From Penicillus capitatus (lineage: Eukaryota; Plantae; Chlorophyta): DNA of 39,416 bases. This document shows positions 22,124-36,400 of this stretch, one piece after another (within the stretch, counting starts at the first letter, position 1; each line of letters begins with the position of its first letter). Under the pieces are notes generated by a model that saw only the letters and a list, made by a program, of their open reading frames with translations, was not told the origin of the DNA and ran no database searches. The stretch is taken from assembly GCA_965649825.1 (NCBI GenBank), contig OZ287702.1, positions 571,270 to 610,685 of the forward strand. Direction: 5' to 3'. Position numbers and translations under genes: made by a program.

Positions 22124-25100
22124 TCAGACTTCCGATCGGTTGTCGTTCAGATATGTATTGGAAGCTGCAGGTGTTGGGTCGTGAGACGGAGTAAGCCATT
22201 CCTTTGCTTTACTAAACAGATACCGCACGATGTAGCATTGGTATATATGCCATGGACCGCGGTTTTGATCATACTCGACGCCTTCCAGATGCAACACCGC
22301 TCTGAGATACTGCGACCCGATCGCAGCGAAATACAAACAACAAAATGCAAAGAACGAAACGTTTCCCGCCAAAACAAGCGCCGTTATGAGCATCCGCACC
22401 CCGTTATTTGAAACTTGGTCATCGGCAAAGAAAAGACTTGAGACAAAAGTCATGAGAGTGATTAGCTGCGACAGCGCCTCGATTCTATTGAGATCCTCGA
22501 ATTCCTCTCGATAGGGACACAACGCCGTGTGGAAATAGAGAGCAACGACAAGGATGAGGATGATCAACACATGTTGGAGATAGACACCCAATGGATAGGA
22601 GAAAACAACAACGCTGACAAGGATGGCTTTTCGAAACATAACGAGCGATTCCCACAAGACGAATCGCTTTTTGTAAGAGCGATGCAAAAACCCGGCCACT
22701 TCGAAAATCCATTCCCTTCCTCGAGGATTACGAGCGTATCGCAGCACGAGGAAAGCGGCGATCGCTGGGAAACCGATGGTGAAACAGGCGAAGTACGGTA
22801 TACCGACGGCAAATGTTATCAGACCGTGTGTCCCTTTGTAGCACTCGATGTCTGTATCTGCTGCCCAGAACTGCGACACGGAATCCTCTTCTGTATTGGG
22901 CGAGGCATACACGTTGACGCAGTTGAGGAAACTAACGAGCGTTCTGGTGATGGAAAGAAAGCTGATGTAGCATACGGCAAACACACTGAGAATCACTTTC
23001 CTTACGAAAAAGCTCTGCCTTTCTCCCGCTTTTCTCATCGCCATAACTGCCCAGAACACGGCGAAAAAGAGCATGGCTGCCAGTGGAAGCGCCAGACGGA
23101 CGAGAGCGCTGACAAGGACGCGTTTGATCGATGCCTCTTCGGAGACCAGACAATCGACGGAACGCCGAACTGTCTCCGTCGTCACAGCACCAAGAAACTC
23201 TGCACAACCGAACACATCATGTGCTGAGCGCATCAGACGGCGAAGGCACTCACCTGCAGATTTGAAGAAACCCCTCAGTGTCTTCGACCAGTCTACACTA
23301 AGAGCGACTGCCGTAGCAATCACCTGCATATAGTTCACCATGATCTACAGAAGCGTATGTCTAGGGGAGTGACAGAAGAAAGGAGGGACAGTCTCACCTT
23401 GAACAGATCCACCACTTTCCACTTACACAGTTCGGCGTCGTCCTCCACATCTTCCACGTTGTCGATGAGCTGAGATGCCGACGGCGTGCCGCGGGCCTCG
23501 CGACTGAGGGAGAGCATCATTCCCAGTTCGATATGGGTCGGCATTCGGCGCAAGACCATGCCAGAAGATCGATCGAGTTGCTTCCGGACTCTTCTTCTCT
23601 GCCGCGTTGCCGATAGACCGTCCGTCGATACCGACGTACCTCGAACCGTAAAGCTCGCCATGCCTAAAAGAATCACCAGAGATGCCATAACCATGAAGAC
23701 GCTTCCGGCCTCTGTCGTGCATTTCACGCATGCATTGTTGTGTGATGTGCCGTAGCCTGGCGCACAGGATGCACAGAGAGGGCCCTCATGACCCTAAGAG
23801 CACCAAATGATGACGACCAGGCGAGTGCACGAGGTACCTCTTTGCACTGCGCCTTGGTGTAGTTCGCCGCAAAGGCCGGATCCAACGTGCAGTTCTCGAT
23901 GGCCTTCGTCGCCTCGGACAGTGCCTGGTTTCTTCCCTCGAAGTCACATGCATCGGTCAAGACGCATTTGGCGAGATGCGTCGAACAGGGTGATGCATGC
24001 CAGTATCCCTTTTCTGGCCATATCACACGCGACTCGCACTTTCCATTCTCTGGACAGGGATGGCATTCCTTCTCGTATGGCGCGAAGGTATAGGTCGCCG
24101 GGGAACACTGCTCGCAGAACGTGCCATTCCCTGATGCGATCTCCCCAATGACGCAGCGCTTTACGTGAACGACGATCTGGAAGCCTTCGAAATTGGTTTC
24201 AGTAAAGTTGACGAGCACGAGATAGGTATTGGGCGGCGCAAAGCCAACGGCAGTGATATTTCCGCCGCTTTCGTTGAGCGGCACGCGAATCGATCCAGGA
24301 AAGAATCCATCTGGCGACGTCATGTCAGCAAAGACAGTGAGATCAGTCGCGCCGATGGCTGGTCCCTGTCCCAACTCGTCGACAGCTTGCATCGATATCA
24401 TTGGCAGCGCCGTTCCGCTGCGGTGGCCATAGACAATATACCGGTTTTCTCCCTCAACCGTCACGTTCTGCTCTTCTTTTTTGAATAGCTCCCTACGGAT
24501 TCGGGAGGCATAGGATCCGACGTCATCTCCGTACAGCGCAGCGCTGTTCTCTTTCCAAGTTGGGCAGTGGATCGCGCTCAAGTTCAGTCGATCGGATGAC
24601 TGCCACGGCGTCGACACAGTCTTGTTCTTCTGCCGTGGTGTTGGAAGACAATTGACGTGTATGTTCTTGACACTGCTGACGAAGACAGCACCGCCTGCGA
24701 CGTCGGCACGGTTGTTCGTAAAGATGGTGTCGAATAGCGCCACCGTCGTGCAATTGGACTGGGAATCGGCACAGTCCAGCAGATGTGCCCGATCGGCAAT
24801 ATGGAGACCTCCTAAGCAAACACCGACGTCGTCCATCTGTGCTATGAAATCGATGAGAGATTACCTCCGTTACGAGCACGATTGCCGTGAAAAGTGCAGT
24901 TCTGTAGGAGCACGTCGTGTCTCAGCCGGTCACGCGAATCGAAAGCGAGAGCACCGCCTCGTGCGTCTGCTGAATTTTCTGCAAACGTGCACTCTGCGCA
25001 CCAAATGGACGAGGATTCGTTGCCGTTCAGAGCACCGCCGCTGTTTCCCGCACTGCAGCCCGTGACCCGAATACGTCTGCCTCTGAACGACGACTCAAGT

Positions 25101-28100
25101 ACCGCCATCGCTCCTCCGTTCGCTGCTCGACCTCTCCCCATTCGAGTTTCCTCTACGGAAAGGTCACTCATCGACACGAGCGAAAAGAATCCGCCGTTGG
25201 AAGATGCCGTTCCGTTGTTGAACTCCGACCGGGTGACATTCAGTTCCGAGTTGCTCAAGAAGAAGGTGCCGCCGCTGTCGGTGCTTGTATTGTTATCGAA
25301 TCGGCCTTCGACGATGCTTCCGTTCGTCCATACCGTTTGATACACAGCACCTCCTCTGACGCCAGTATTGTTCTGGAAACGAGATCGCACGAGATCGAAG
25401 GTGGATTTTTCGAAATAAAGGGCGCCACCGACGCCGGTGGCGGCATTGCCGTCGGCAATCATACCATTCCCAGAAAACCTCGTCCTCTCGGCCAAGATGC
25501 CGCCGCCATTTCCGTCGGCACGATTTGCAACCACTGTGAGATTCGACACAGATGCCGTCACATTTATAAGAAGCATCGCTCCGCCATTCTCTGTGGAATG
25601 GCAATCTTGGAGCGTCGAATCTTGAAGACTTAGTGGTCCGTCAATCACACTTAAGCATCCACCTTGAATAGCTTCGCCGTTCTGCATTTTGGTTTCTCGA
25701 ATAACGACACTGCTGTTTTTTCGTGAGTAAATGAATCCTCCCTCTTCTGCCGTACCGGCGGCAAAGGTGCAACGATCGAAGTGCGCCACCGACCTCTCAA
25801 CGTGGATGATACCCGCTTCCACGACGGCTGCACTGTTCAGAAAAGAGACATTCGTATAATACGCCGTGGAGTTTGGCTCCTGAAAGATCGTCCCTCCGCT
25901 GTCGGCGCTATTATTCCGCAGAACTGAGTTGCTAAGAGTGAGAAACGACAAGAACCGGACGAAGATGACTCCTCCGTGATCTCCGGCGCTGTTGTACTGT
26001 GCCACCAATCGATCGCCAGTAATATTCGAGTACTCTGCAAACAGACATGCGCCATCATCGTCTGCTCGGTTCAGCGTCATGGTGATATTGTACAAGTCGA
26101 CGACGGCATTGACAAGACGCATACCGGCTCCATCGACTTCAGAATGACATCCGCGTAGGGTGACATTTCGCACGGCGAAGTTGCCATCGTGCGCATAGAG
26201 ACACCCGCCGTCATTGGCAGTGGCATTCTGGATCATCGAGTCGCTGATGGAAACGGTGGCATTGTCGCGGATAGCGATGAATCCACCATTCTGAGCACTG
26301 CCATTCGTGAAGGTGCATTCTGTAAAGTTCACAACGGATGCATAGAAGCGCAGCGATCCACCGTTTTCGGTCGCCAGATTGTCGGCAAAGTGGACGGCGG
26401 CGAAATTGCCCTCGGAGTTCTTCCGCGCATAGACAGCGCCACCAGAACGCGCCTTGTTCTGTTTGAAGGACGCATTGCGCAATGTCAAAAGTGTCTTCTC
26501 CTGTAAATGTATCGCCCCTCCAGCGTCTTCCGATTCGTTATCGGTCATGGTCACGCTCTCTCCGTCAATCGACGCGTTTGCGGCATAGATACCGCCGCCA
26601 TCTTCGATCGCTCTTGCGAAAGAGACGTTCACATCTGATAGGTCCGTTGACGTGCGCTGCAAGAACATCGCGCCGCCTTCTCGCTGTGACGAGCAGCTTC
26701 TCAGAGAGGACCGATTGAGCTTAAGGTGGCCTTCGAGTGACCATAGACACCCACCGCCATCTTCTCCTTCGGCATCTTCGAAGGTCGAATCTCGGACGTC
26801 GACAGTGGAGTTGTCTCGCGCGTAGACGAAGCCTCCTCGTTCTGCTTTGCCCAAAGAGAAATCACAGCGATCGACCCACACCGTCGAGTTTCGCAGATAG
26901 AGCGATCCGCCTTGTTTTTTGGCGAAGTTGCCGCTGAGGTTCACATCGGTGAAGTGTCCAGATGCTTCGGCAGCGAAGTAGCCTGCACCTCCATGGTGAT
27001 CTGCCGAGTTGTTGCGAAAACGACAGTCAATCAAGCTGCACGTGGCTTTGTCCGTCACATAGACAGCTCCTCCCTGCGATTCGGCAAAATTGAAGGCAAA
27101 ACGGCAATCGCTGATGCTGGCCGAACTGTCCGGTCCAAGGTAGAGCGCCCCTCCTCGGTCTGCCTTGTTGCTTTGGAACAACGAATTCCGCATCAGCACG
27201 TCAGATTCTTCAGCGTGGACGACTGTTCCTTCTCGGCCTTCGTTGTTTCGAAAGGTGCAATCGCTGATCGTGCCATTGGAACGGTTCGTGAGATGGATGC
27301 AGGCGGCACGCGAATGGAATGTTTCCCCATGAAGGACCAAATTGTGCTCCACGTGTGACGTCTTCAATTTCAACGATCCGCCATCCACGTGAATGATCTC
27401 CACATGGTTGTTTTCAGCACGAATGCTTTTCGCCGAAGTGGCCGATCCGCTCGGAGCGTACAACATCACTGGCGATTGATCTGTCCCTTCCATTCGACGA
27501 TTCCCTTCGAATGTGCAGTTCGTCAATCGATTGTGCGATGACATAAAGGCACCGCAGATGCTGCCCGAGCACACATTGTCCGCAAAGATGACGTCCGTCA
27601 TCTCCAGATCCGAGCAAGAATCCCTCGTCGATCGAATGCCAACGGCGTCGGACAATTGGTTTCTGCTGAAGCGAACGTGGTGCAGAGCGACGACGCCTGG
27701 ACGTCGGGTCTTTCCAAAACTGCATCCTTCGACTTCGACGATAGACTTTCTCTCCGAGCCGACACTGAAGTTGCACTTTCTGAACTGCAGATTCGCAAGC
27801 GTAACGCCAGGTGCCCTAAACAACACCATCACTGAATGCACGATAAGAGTCGAAGAGGCTGTTACCTGACGTGAAAGACCCCAATGTCGTCACTGGGACA
27901 GGCGAACACTGCCTTCTTGCGTGCTCGAGGAAAGGTGCCTTCCATGACTGTCGCATTCTTTACGTAGCCGCTGATCGTCAGTGGCCGGGGTAGTGTGATA
28001 CGAGACGATGGTCGAATGGGATGCGCCACATCCAGGAGCAGCACGCTGCCATCTGTCATACAGTTGACGACGCTTTGCAGATCGTTGTCGAGGGCATCGA

Positions 28101-28638
28101 GAGGATCATCGCCGACTCTCCACGACTTCGTCTGCTCGTCGAAGTACGAGGCGATTTGCGCATCTGTCAACGAGCAGGTATACTCTGAAAAGACACGTCG
28201 CCGTGTCATAGTTTGTCAACCTGAATGCTTAGAGTTGGCAAAAGGTGACGGTACCTTCGATATTCGATGCATCATCTGCGGACTGTAGCAATCCGCGTGG
28301 CTTCAGCCTTGGAACGGTTGGGCTTGGGTTTACGTTTTCCTTATCAGTAAAACTGAGCGCCGTCGTTTGAAGCCCTGTCTTCGGGGGATGATGTCGAAAT
28401 GTAGCGTCGAGGTTTGTCGCCGCCGCCGGCAACTGCAAAGGCTTTTTTGCAACTGCGAGATACACGGAGAAGCGTTGGTCGAACCGCCGTAAACTGCATT
28501 TGTTAAGAACGACGCACTTTCGTGTTCCGCACTAGATGTCCGAAGAGCTTGGGTATCTTCCTGCACTGGGTCTGGATTCATTGCAGCCAAAGCTCGCAGA
28601 AATAGAAACAATAGCAGAAAGACGGAAGATTTCGCCAT
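22124..28638 (-). CDS. Large (~2,000 aa) receptor/adhesin-like membrane protein: signal peptide, parallel beta-helix (Pmp-type GGA(I/V)..FxxN) repeats, Cys-rich domain, multi-pass TM C-terminus; about eight exons
   Basis: Signal peptide MAKSSVFLLLFLFLRALA. ORFs 28229-, 27862-, 24842- (999 aa), 23724-, 23335- and 22124- join through short GT-AG introns with consistent phases. There are many FxxNxAxxGGA(I/V/L)Y repeats, CxxC/CPENGKC/LCASCxxGYG Cys motifs, and roughly eight hydrophobic segments after the Cys-rich region. Confidence 0.9.
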
Positions 28639-31600
28639 TCGTGGAATCAGAAACTCGAAATCTTCAAAAAAGCCGCAGCACAAATGCCATATCCGGGCCA
28701 CGACTTTATCCTGTCCCAACCATCATACTTGACGCGACAGATGAATAAGCGCGTACTACGTCACGGCGATCTCTGCCTCCTGAAAGCAGGTTTGCATAAA
28801 AACGTTGGTTCTTATTTCTTATTCAGACTCTGATTTCAATCCATCACTCCTGTGCGGAGAATGCGATTCATACTTTACTTGCAATCGAAAGGACGATTCA
28901 CAAAGGCACCTCTATCTTTGCGTTCTTTGACGGTCAATGACTTGTCGAGTACCATCGTTTTCTCAATGCGACGTCATCCTCGGCACTTTTATACGATCGA
29001 GCACTACCCTCGTTCTCACTACTCGCAATATTCAGACTCTTATTGCATAGTTGCCACAAAAGGGCGTTTTTCGTCCGGACATTCTTGACATGATCTAGTG
29101 GTGATTACGTTATTGTTGCTGTCTTAGGGACAGCTGTTCGCTTCCATGAGGACAGCTGTCATCGTCTACCTATATAAACAATCCATTATCACGCATTCTA
29201 CTCCCTGTAATCCGTGTGTTTGCGGCAATACACCTCGACGGTTGCAATCCTTAGAATAGGACACAAAAGGTGACATGTTTCGGTTTCTATACTACCGCTG
29301 ATTTTTAGTAATGATTTAGTCAAGTCCTGCGTTAAAGTATGGTTCTTCGGATGTAAAATGCTGCACGAGTCTGTTTATGTATGCGATATCGATATGCTGT
29401 CACATAAGAGTTGTACAATGGTTGCGCTTTTACATCCATTGTTTGTTTTATGACAAGACCATCACTGGATGGAGGACACGACATTCACATCCAAGTAGGT
29501 CTGTAGTGCAGGGCAAACGAATTGACAAATCCGAATATATAAAGCATTCACCCGGTGTTCTTTGTGAGTAGATCTCACAAGGTGAAAATAGTGTTGGCGT
29601 TTGCTCTGTGATGTGAACGGATGTGACAGTCCGTTGGGCGATAGTAAAATGCACTGTGAACTGAGGTTATGTGAATTTTTTTATATTCTCGTAAGAGTTT
29701 GGACAATACTTCGGCAGCAATAGGATGTTCGGTTAGACCTTCGCCGATTGAAGAATTGTTTTTGCTAACATAATCCAAAAGAACTTGCGAATGTCAGAAG
29801 TCTCTCAGTCGAAAACCGATTCTCTTGACTCTTAAATTCAGCACCCCGCAAGAAATTCACGTTTACAAAACGAATTGACTGCTGATCGAGGTGTCGGTAG
29901 CGCATTGAACTATGTGAAGTCGTCGTCGATTGATCGATTCGATCTCACACCGATCGTCGTCCATTGATCGATTCGATTCGACTGACAGGTAATACGTTTT
30001 TCTTCGTTCGTGTGAAATGCACCGACCATCACCAGCTGCCGGCGGCCAAAGGCTCCGGTGCCGCTTACTCTGGCTGATGGTGATGAAGTGACGTTGTCGC
30101 AACGGAAGTCTTTGTATATGCTGTCCCGGCCTTCGATGGGGTCGAGGGCGTTGTATGCGTTGTTTGGCATGCATCGTCCACGGCCGTACTGTCTTTTATT
30201 CATACGCAACCTGCCGCGAACGATAAGGTCCTACTCGCGCTACGCTGTTATTGCATTCCTAGAAAAGATGACGGCAAAGACCACCCACACAACCGTCGAA
30301 TTTTCTTGTAGCTTGTTGAAAGCTCGCTGGAGTTCACAAAGAGCGTTGTTGGGGTAATACGGCTCGAACGAAAGGATTCCTTACGCTTGGAGCTGGACTT
30401 CACGTAGAACGCGAAAGTCCAAGCCGTCGAAACTTCGGCAATTCGGATGTTTCACACTGTCGCGACATCAAACATCAGGATAGAAAGAAAGAACTTCGAC
30501 GAAGACTACACGGCTTGTCCTCGCTACGAAACCATGTCAAAACTTTTTAGACGAATCAAGTCGAGAAGACATTTTTTGCAGCTAGACGCAGCTTATATAA
30601 TTGTACGATTTGAATAAACCTCTTAATCCCGCCGATCTTTCCGATCTCTCTTCTGACGTTACAATAATTGCTCTCGTGTCTCTTGTGGTGGTTAAGGAGG
30701 AACTTGATTTATCCATATTTTTCAGATGTAATGAGTTTTGGCGAATGGAAGAAAGCAGCGTTTGAGTAGCGTTTGGCCCTTTTTGTGTTGTCATTTAGCG
30801 GTACGTTCATGACGTAATTCAACGGGACTGCCTTGTTAAACAGACTTTGCGGCTGAGATCTGATCTGCGTTCCTAGGTTGTTATCCAATCGCACGCTGAT
30901 TTTTGGTGTCTTGTTTTCCATACTGCTTGCTTGCTCTTATGGTGACCGAAAGCTTTTCAAATGCATCGATCGCGATTGCCTATGGACGGATAGACATTTC
31001 GTGCGTTTACTCCTCTGATTTTTGTTATCCTTAGTCGTCGTGCAATGCCTATTTGTGGCTGGACCGGCCTCCAACTTTGTCTTTCTGTTTTCGCGTGAGA
31101 ACGATTAATGCGTTTTCTGTTTCTAAACCCAGATGTTGGCACCTCCATGTGTTTGGGATCGTGACAGCAACGTACAACAACCGCATACTTGCTATTTCTT
31201 GTGACTATATCACTTTTAAGTTATCGTTTGCTGCATCACTTGTACATACTTTTGAAACAGCAAAAGGAATTATTAACGTCCGTGACTGTTTTCTATCTAA
31301 ATCGATGAAGTATACAAGTGTCTGTCCCCTTGACTGGTTAGCGCACACGTCGGTGCGAATACCTAAACTTCTAAAGTTATGATTTGGCTTATGGTCTTTG
31401 TAGGCTTAAAAGTGTGAATAGCCAGATCATTCTATATGTTAATTGGAAGGAAGACTACCTTTAATGCATAAAGGATCAGAAGATGCTGTTCTATTGACAA
31501 CAAAAGCGCTGTTCATCGCTCTCCTAATGTCTACGATATTCTTGCCGTTGCAGATTGTCGGTCTACTAGATAGACTGTAGGCCGTAACACGTGTTTTCAC

Positions 31601-31910
31601 GGTGTGTTGCGTCATAATTCGTTTATCTTATTGCAGCGGATTGAGAGATGTGCCCATGTCACGCATCTTTAGACATAATGCTGGCGCAGTTAATCGTGTT
31701 GTCAAAAAGGAAGATTCCGAATTGCTCCATACGTGCCAGTGTGCCCGCATTTGTTACAGCTTAGGAAAAAGGAGGAATGTAATTGCGACGTTAAATCCAC
31801 TAAGGAAACGACGACATCTGAGGAGTGTCTTCTCATACTACAACACCCCTTAGTGTGCAGACCTGTCACCTCAGCATTTGATCATTGTACGCATAACCCT
31901 TTTATTCAAC

Positions 31911-32020
31911 TTAACCGCCTGTCATTGTGGCTCAGATGCGCTTTGTGCTTAACAAGTAGTTGCTCTTCTTACTCAATTTGACCGCCATTGTGGTTGAGAC
32001 AACGCTTTGTGCTTAACAAG
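31911..32020. repeat. Short imperfect tandem duplication (~64-68 bp period)
   Basis: cattgtgg occurs at 31923 and 31986, and cgctttgtgcttaacaag is identical at 31939-31956 and 32003-32020. Confidence 0.85.
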
Positions 32021-32155
32021 CAACTCATTGCCTCACTTGCTAGTGATATGTGCTACACTTAACAGGGCTGAAATCACATAGAATTTGGTCAGATAGCCGG
32101 GCCCGCGCACCCGTAATTGATCCCGGACACTTAGAACGACAACCAGCTCAAGACA

Positions 32156-32790
32156 CGATGACACCATCGCCATGGAAAATAAGACAGACCATGCAGAAAC
32201 GAAACGGAAGATTCGATAGAGATGGCCTGAACTTCGAAGACCTGTCCTCGGTCTCCGTATCCGAAACGCGATACGAAAGGACGTATAGCGATTCGCGTCA
32301 TTTCACTCTAACACGGTCGATTTCTTATAGACCGGATGAGTCGATCGGGCATCAACTTCGACGACCTCCCGCTTGTTCCCAATTCGCAACGCGAAAACGT
32401 CAGCAGTCATCGAGCAACACCATCGACGATGCGACTCACATACTCTCCCTGGATACCAAGCGACAAGAGTGCGAGGACTATGAATGCTGCCAATCGCATC
32501 GCCACGGCGAAAGAGCATAAACGCGTATGATTGGCGCACTGAGAGTTGTTGGCACCGCGCTGAGGGATTCTGGCGTGAGGTGTTACTCAGATGGTAAAGA
32601 CAGCAGCATCATCCGCTGTGGGCAATGGCTAAGCTTCACCGACTCCGCTAAAGACGGCAACGTTCCACGAGAAGCGTCGCACGAACTTAAGATAGAGATC
32701 TCTGTTACATGTTCGACAGTAAAAAAATACATTAGTCCATCAACGATAGAGATAGTTATTCACAAAATACTCGTCTCATCGACAGAATAA
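32156..32790 (+). CDS. Possible small multi-exon hypothetical gene; structure unresolved
   Basis: An intron-like stretch GTATAG..CTCTAAC..TTATAG lies at ~32283-32330 and a second GTATGA..CTCAG at ~32526-32590. The peptides RDGLNFEDL and RSGINFDDL appear in adjacent ORFs, but splice phases could not be fully reconciled. Confidence 0.3.
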
Positions 32791-32814
32791 ACAGAAAAGA
32801 ACGTGAATTTGTAG

Positions 32815-33271
32815 TCACAAGTCGAAAAAAAGTTCTCTACCTCGATCCGAAGAACGGCTATTATCTCGAGTGGATGCCATTCGAAGCGAAAGACAAAGAC
32901 GGACGCGACGGATGCTGTCGGTGCACAGGGTCATTCCCATGTAGTCGATTGAAGCGCTTAGCATCGACATTTCTTCAGAACAGACAACCGTCATAGAGTT
33001 TGAGCCTGTGCGCACCTGTATCGAAGCAATTTGCAGATTCTAACCCGCATTTTGCGCGAGGCGGCCAAAGCTCTGTTGGGATTCTAGAGGTCGCTGAAGA
33101 CGAAGACGACAGAGACGTCGATCGCTGAATTTTTCGTAGAGACATCCGACAACCGATTCTCTCCTTTTTGACTGAGACGATTGCCTTAAACGACGTAGGC
33201 ATGTCTCTGCGTTTTGTCGATTCCGCGGCGAAGAATCGTCGTGTGTCGACAGGAAGGCCGTTCGGCAGCAT
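32815..33271 (-). CDS. Possible small two-exon hypothetical protein (start codon uncertain)
   Basis: ORFs 32975-33271 and 32815-33015 join in phase through a GTGCGC..TGAAG intron candidate (...CFDT|EEMSMLSASIDY...ELFFDL*). No family was recognised. Confidence 0.4.
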
Positions 33272-33427
33272 CGAGAGGTCCCGTCATCGATCGGACGTGT
33301 CTAGATGACGGACGTCTTCGAGGTCCATGAGCATCATTATCCTTGCATTCGACCATCGGTTGACAAACGCTGACTTCGTCCTGTTCGAAATTCGTTGGTT
33401 CGTTCGCACACGGCAAGTTTTCGGGCC

Positions 33428-36400
33428 ATGCAGCGAATGTCTGTAGAATCGCTGCTCCATCTGGCGGGGAGCGTTCTCTTAATCGCCTGTTCGACAGGAG
33501 CACAACAGAGTCCCGCAGGTAGTGAAGCGAGTCGCTTCGTCGCTGCCTTGACGAACGATCCTTGCTATTTTCGTCACTTCTTTGACGATGGCTCGACGTT
33601 CGACGGCCCGAATTCAAGAAGCTGCTGTCATCGACTTCGTCACCAGTGCGACCTTCGTAGGTGACGGGTGCAAACTGCCGCAGAAGATCGTTGACGAGAC
33701 CCATGAAGACGCGACACGGGCATGGCATGTCGACGACGCGTACTTCGAAGACCACGACTTGCAAGACGTCGTCGACTGCGCCTCCGACGGAGACACCATT
33801 TGGCTGAACGTCTCCAGACCTGTCCAACCGAGAAGACAGATCGAAGTCTCGAAGCGTCTGGAAATCCGAGGACCACGAGGCGACGAGGAGAAGTCCACGC
33901 GACATGCACGCGCGAAACCAACTCTGACGTGTCCTCCCAATGACCCCCTCTTCGTCATCAGGTCGGTGACGGAGTGCTTCCATCGATGTCTTTTCAGATC
34001 TCTTCTATTTTTAGGGATGTCGACGTCGTCTTGGAAAGCGTTTCCATCCGGGGCTGCGTCTTCACCGATCCGTCCTACAACCTCAGTGTCGTCGAGATCA
34101 GCTGCGATCGATCACGCGATGGCGATATTGTCTTGGAAATGCGCGGCGTCGACTTTAGCCACAACATGAATCCAGGCGGCATCGCAGGATTCCGTGCCCA
34201 AGATCCGTCGTGTGTCAAGGTTAAGCTGCGCGACTTTGATTTTCACGGGAACACCTATTTCCTTGGTTCCATATTCGGCCACAAGAATGATCTTGAGAAC
34301 ATTGTTATCTCAGAGAACACTCAGCGGCGTCAGTCTGTTGTTGGCGACAGAATGTCCTATCACACGTCGCAGAAAATTTATATCCCTTCGAACGTCGACC
34401 TGCCCACATGGTAATGCTTCCTTGCTTTGCAGGCAGACGTGCGATTTGCGTTTGATCGTAGGACGAAAAGCTTTCCCGGCGGCTACACTGAGATGCACGC
34501 TTTGGAGAACGCTGCCTTCCGATTCCCTGAAGCATCCACGAGCACCGTGAAAGATCTCGTCTCCGTCGACAACGTTGGCTACCCTGTGTCCGTCGACAGA
34601 GGGTCCCTGTCGATCAGCGGGAATTCAAGGTTTGCAAACAACACCGGCAATGCTGGCGCCGTCATCGTTGCCTCCGAGAGCAAAGTCGCCCTGACAGGCG
34701 CTCAGTTCGAGTACAATGTCTACTACAATCCGGGTGGATGCCTGGATCTAAGAAACGGATCCAGCGGTGAAGTCAACTCCACACGCTTCTTCAAGAACGT
34801 TGCCAGAGATGGTACCTGCATCCGTGCCACCTCTTCTGCGCATCTGGAGATCAGGGACTCCGTTTTTGAGGAGAACCACAGTGTTGACAGAGGATGCATT
34901 CGGGTCGATGGTTCCGTTGATTCAACCTCTGCTGTCACCCTCTCTAACTGTGTCTTTGTCAACAATACAGCGCTTGCGGATGCTAGAGCAGGCATCGTTC
35001 GTGGTTCTGTGATGTTTGAGCATTTTGACCGTGGACGTGTCCTCATAGAGTCAACAAGTTTCGAGAGCCATGAATTCGGAAGCTGTAGCCACAAGGAGGA
35101 TGACCATGTTGGCTTAATCATCATGGCGAACACCCGTAATGTGTCATTCAAAGCCGTTAATTCATCTTTCACAAGGGCACCTATCGCCGAACAAGCGGGC
35201 CCTTTGGGAACTGCGTTTCGCTTTGTGGATACCAGTGGAGTGTTGGAGATAGCGCGATCTCGTTTTGAGCATCTCGCTAGTTGCGCCCATGGCGGCAGCA
35301 TTTTCTTGAGAAACAGTCCAAGCCATGACGCTCGCACGGTGCTGAACGTGACTGAAAGCAATTTCTCCTCTATCATCGCCCTCGGTGGTACAATCTACGC
35401 AATGGGACAGGAGATCGAAGTCGACGTGAGAGGTAGTCGATTTGAGCGCAATTCGGCTCAAGGAGAGAATCCTTACGGTCATCTGGCCGGCAATGTTCTG
35501 TTCGTAGAAGACATAAAGGCACTCAAAATGACAAACTGCACTGCGATGCATAACTTCGTTGACAACCGAGGAGTCCAACCAGCTTCCGGATCAGTTCACA
35601 TACAGAGGACAAATGAGGTGAAGATAGAGGATAGCGTATTCGCTGCCAACTCAGTCGGAATAAGAAGAGGACAAACTGGGGGCGCCATCTATCTCTCCAC
35701 CGGAGGGAAGCAAGGAGAACTGGACGTGGTTAATTGCCGCTTTGAAGATAATGTTGCGCCCAGTGGCGGTGCCATCTATGTTAGAGGCCTCGCACGACTT
35801 AACGTAAGAGACTGTGTCTTTCGAAACAACAGTGCTGTCGAATCTGGAGGAGCCATTCTTGCATCTGACTGCATGATGGCAACGTTTACGAAGATCGGCT
35901 TTGAAGCAAACAAGGCAAGACTCGGAGGAGCCTTGGCTTTCTGTGGTGATAAGGGCCCAACAGTCGAAGGAAGCTCTTTTGTGCGGAACAAAGCTCAGAA
36001 GGGAGGAGGCATTGCTTACGTGGATAACCATCCACCGACGTCAAGGAACTTTGGACCGACATTTCAGCCGAAGATGTCTTCGAGTAGATTTGTCGAGAAC
36101 GAAGCGGCAATCGGAGGTCAACTTTTGGTTGTGCTGGGTATAAGTGACGCAGTTCCTGTTGTCTTGTTTAGGTGCGATTTTCTTTGACGCCTCGGTCCCT
36201 GAAATATCAGTGGAGAAAGATCAGAGTGGAGCCAATCCGTTCACAGAGAGTGCTTCTCGTATAACATTTCGCAGAAATCGAGCTTCTGTCGCTGGAGGTG
36301 CAGTTTTTGCACTCAATCCGCACCGTGTCGAAGTCCTGGCCCCCAAATGCAGAAGCTTTGTGGAGGACTCATACACTCAGAACTTCACGATCACATCGTT

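Noticed and set aside
24842-27841. Bacterial Pmp/autotransporter gene or bacterial contig
   Set aside because: The ORF is one exon of a spliced gene that ends in alpha-helical TM segments rather than a beta-barrel.
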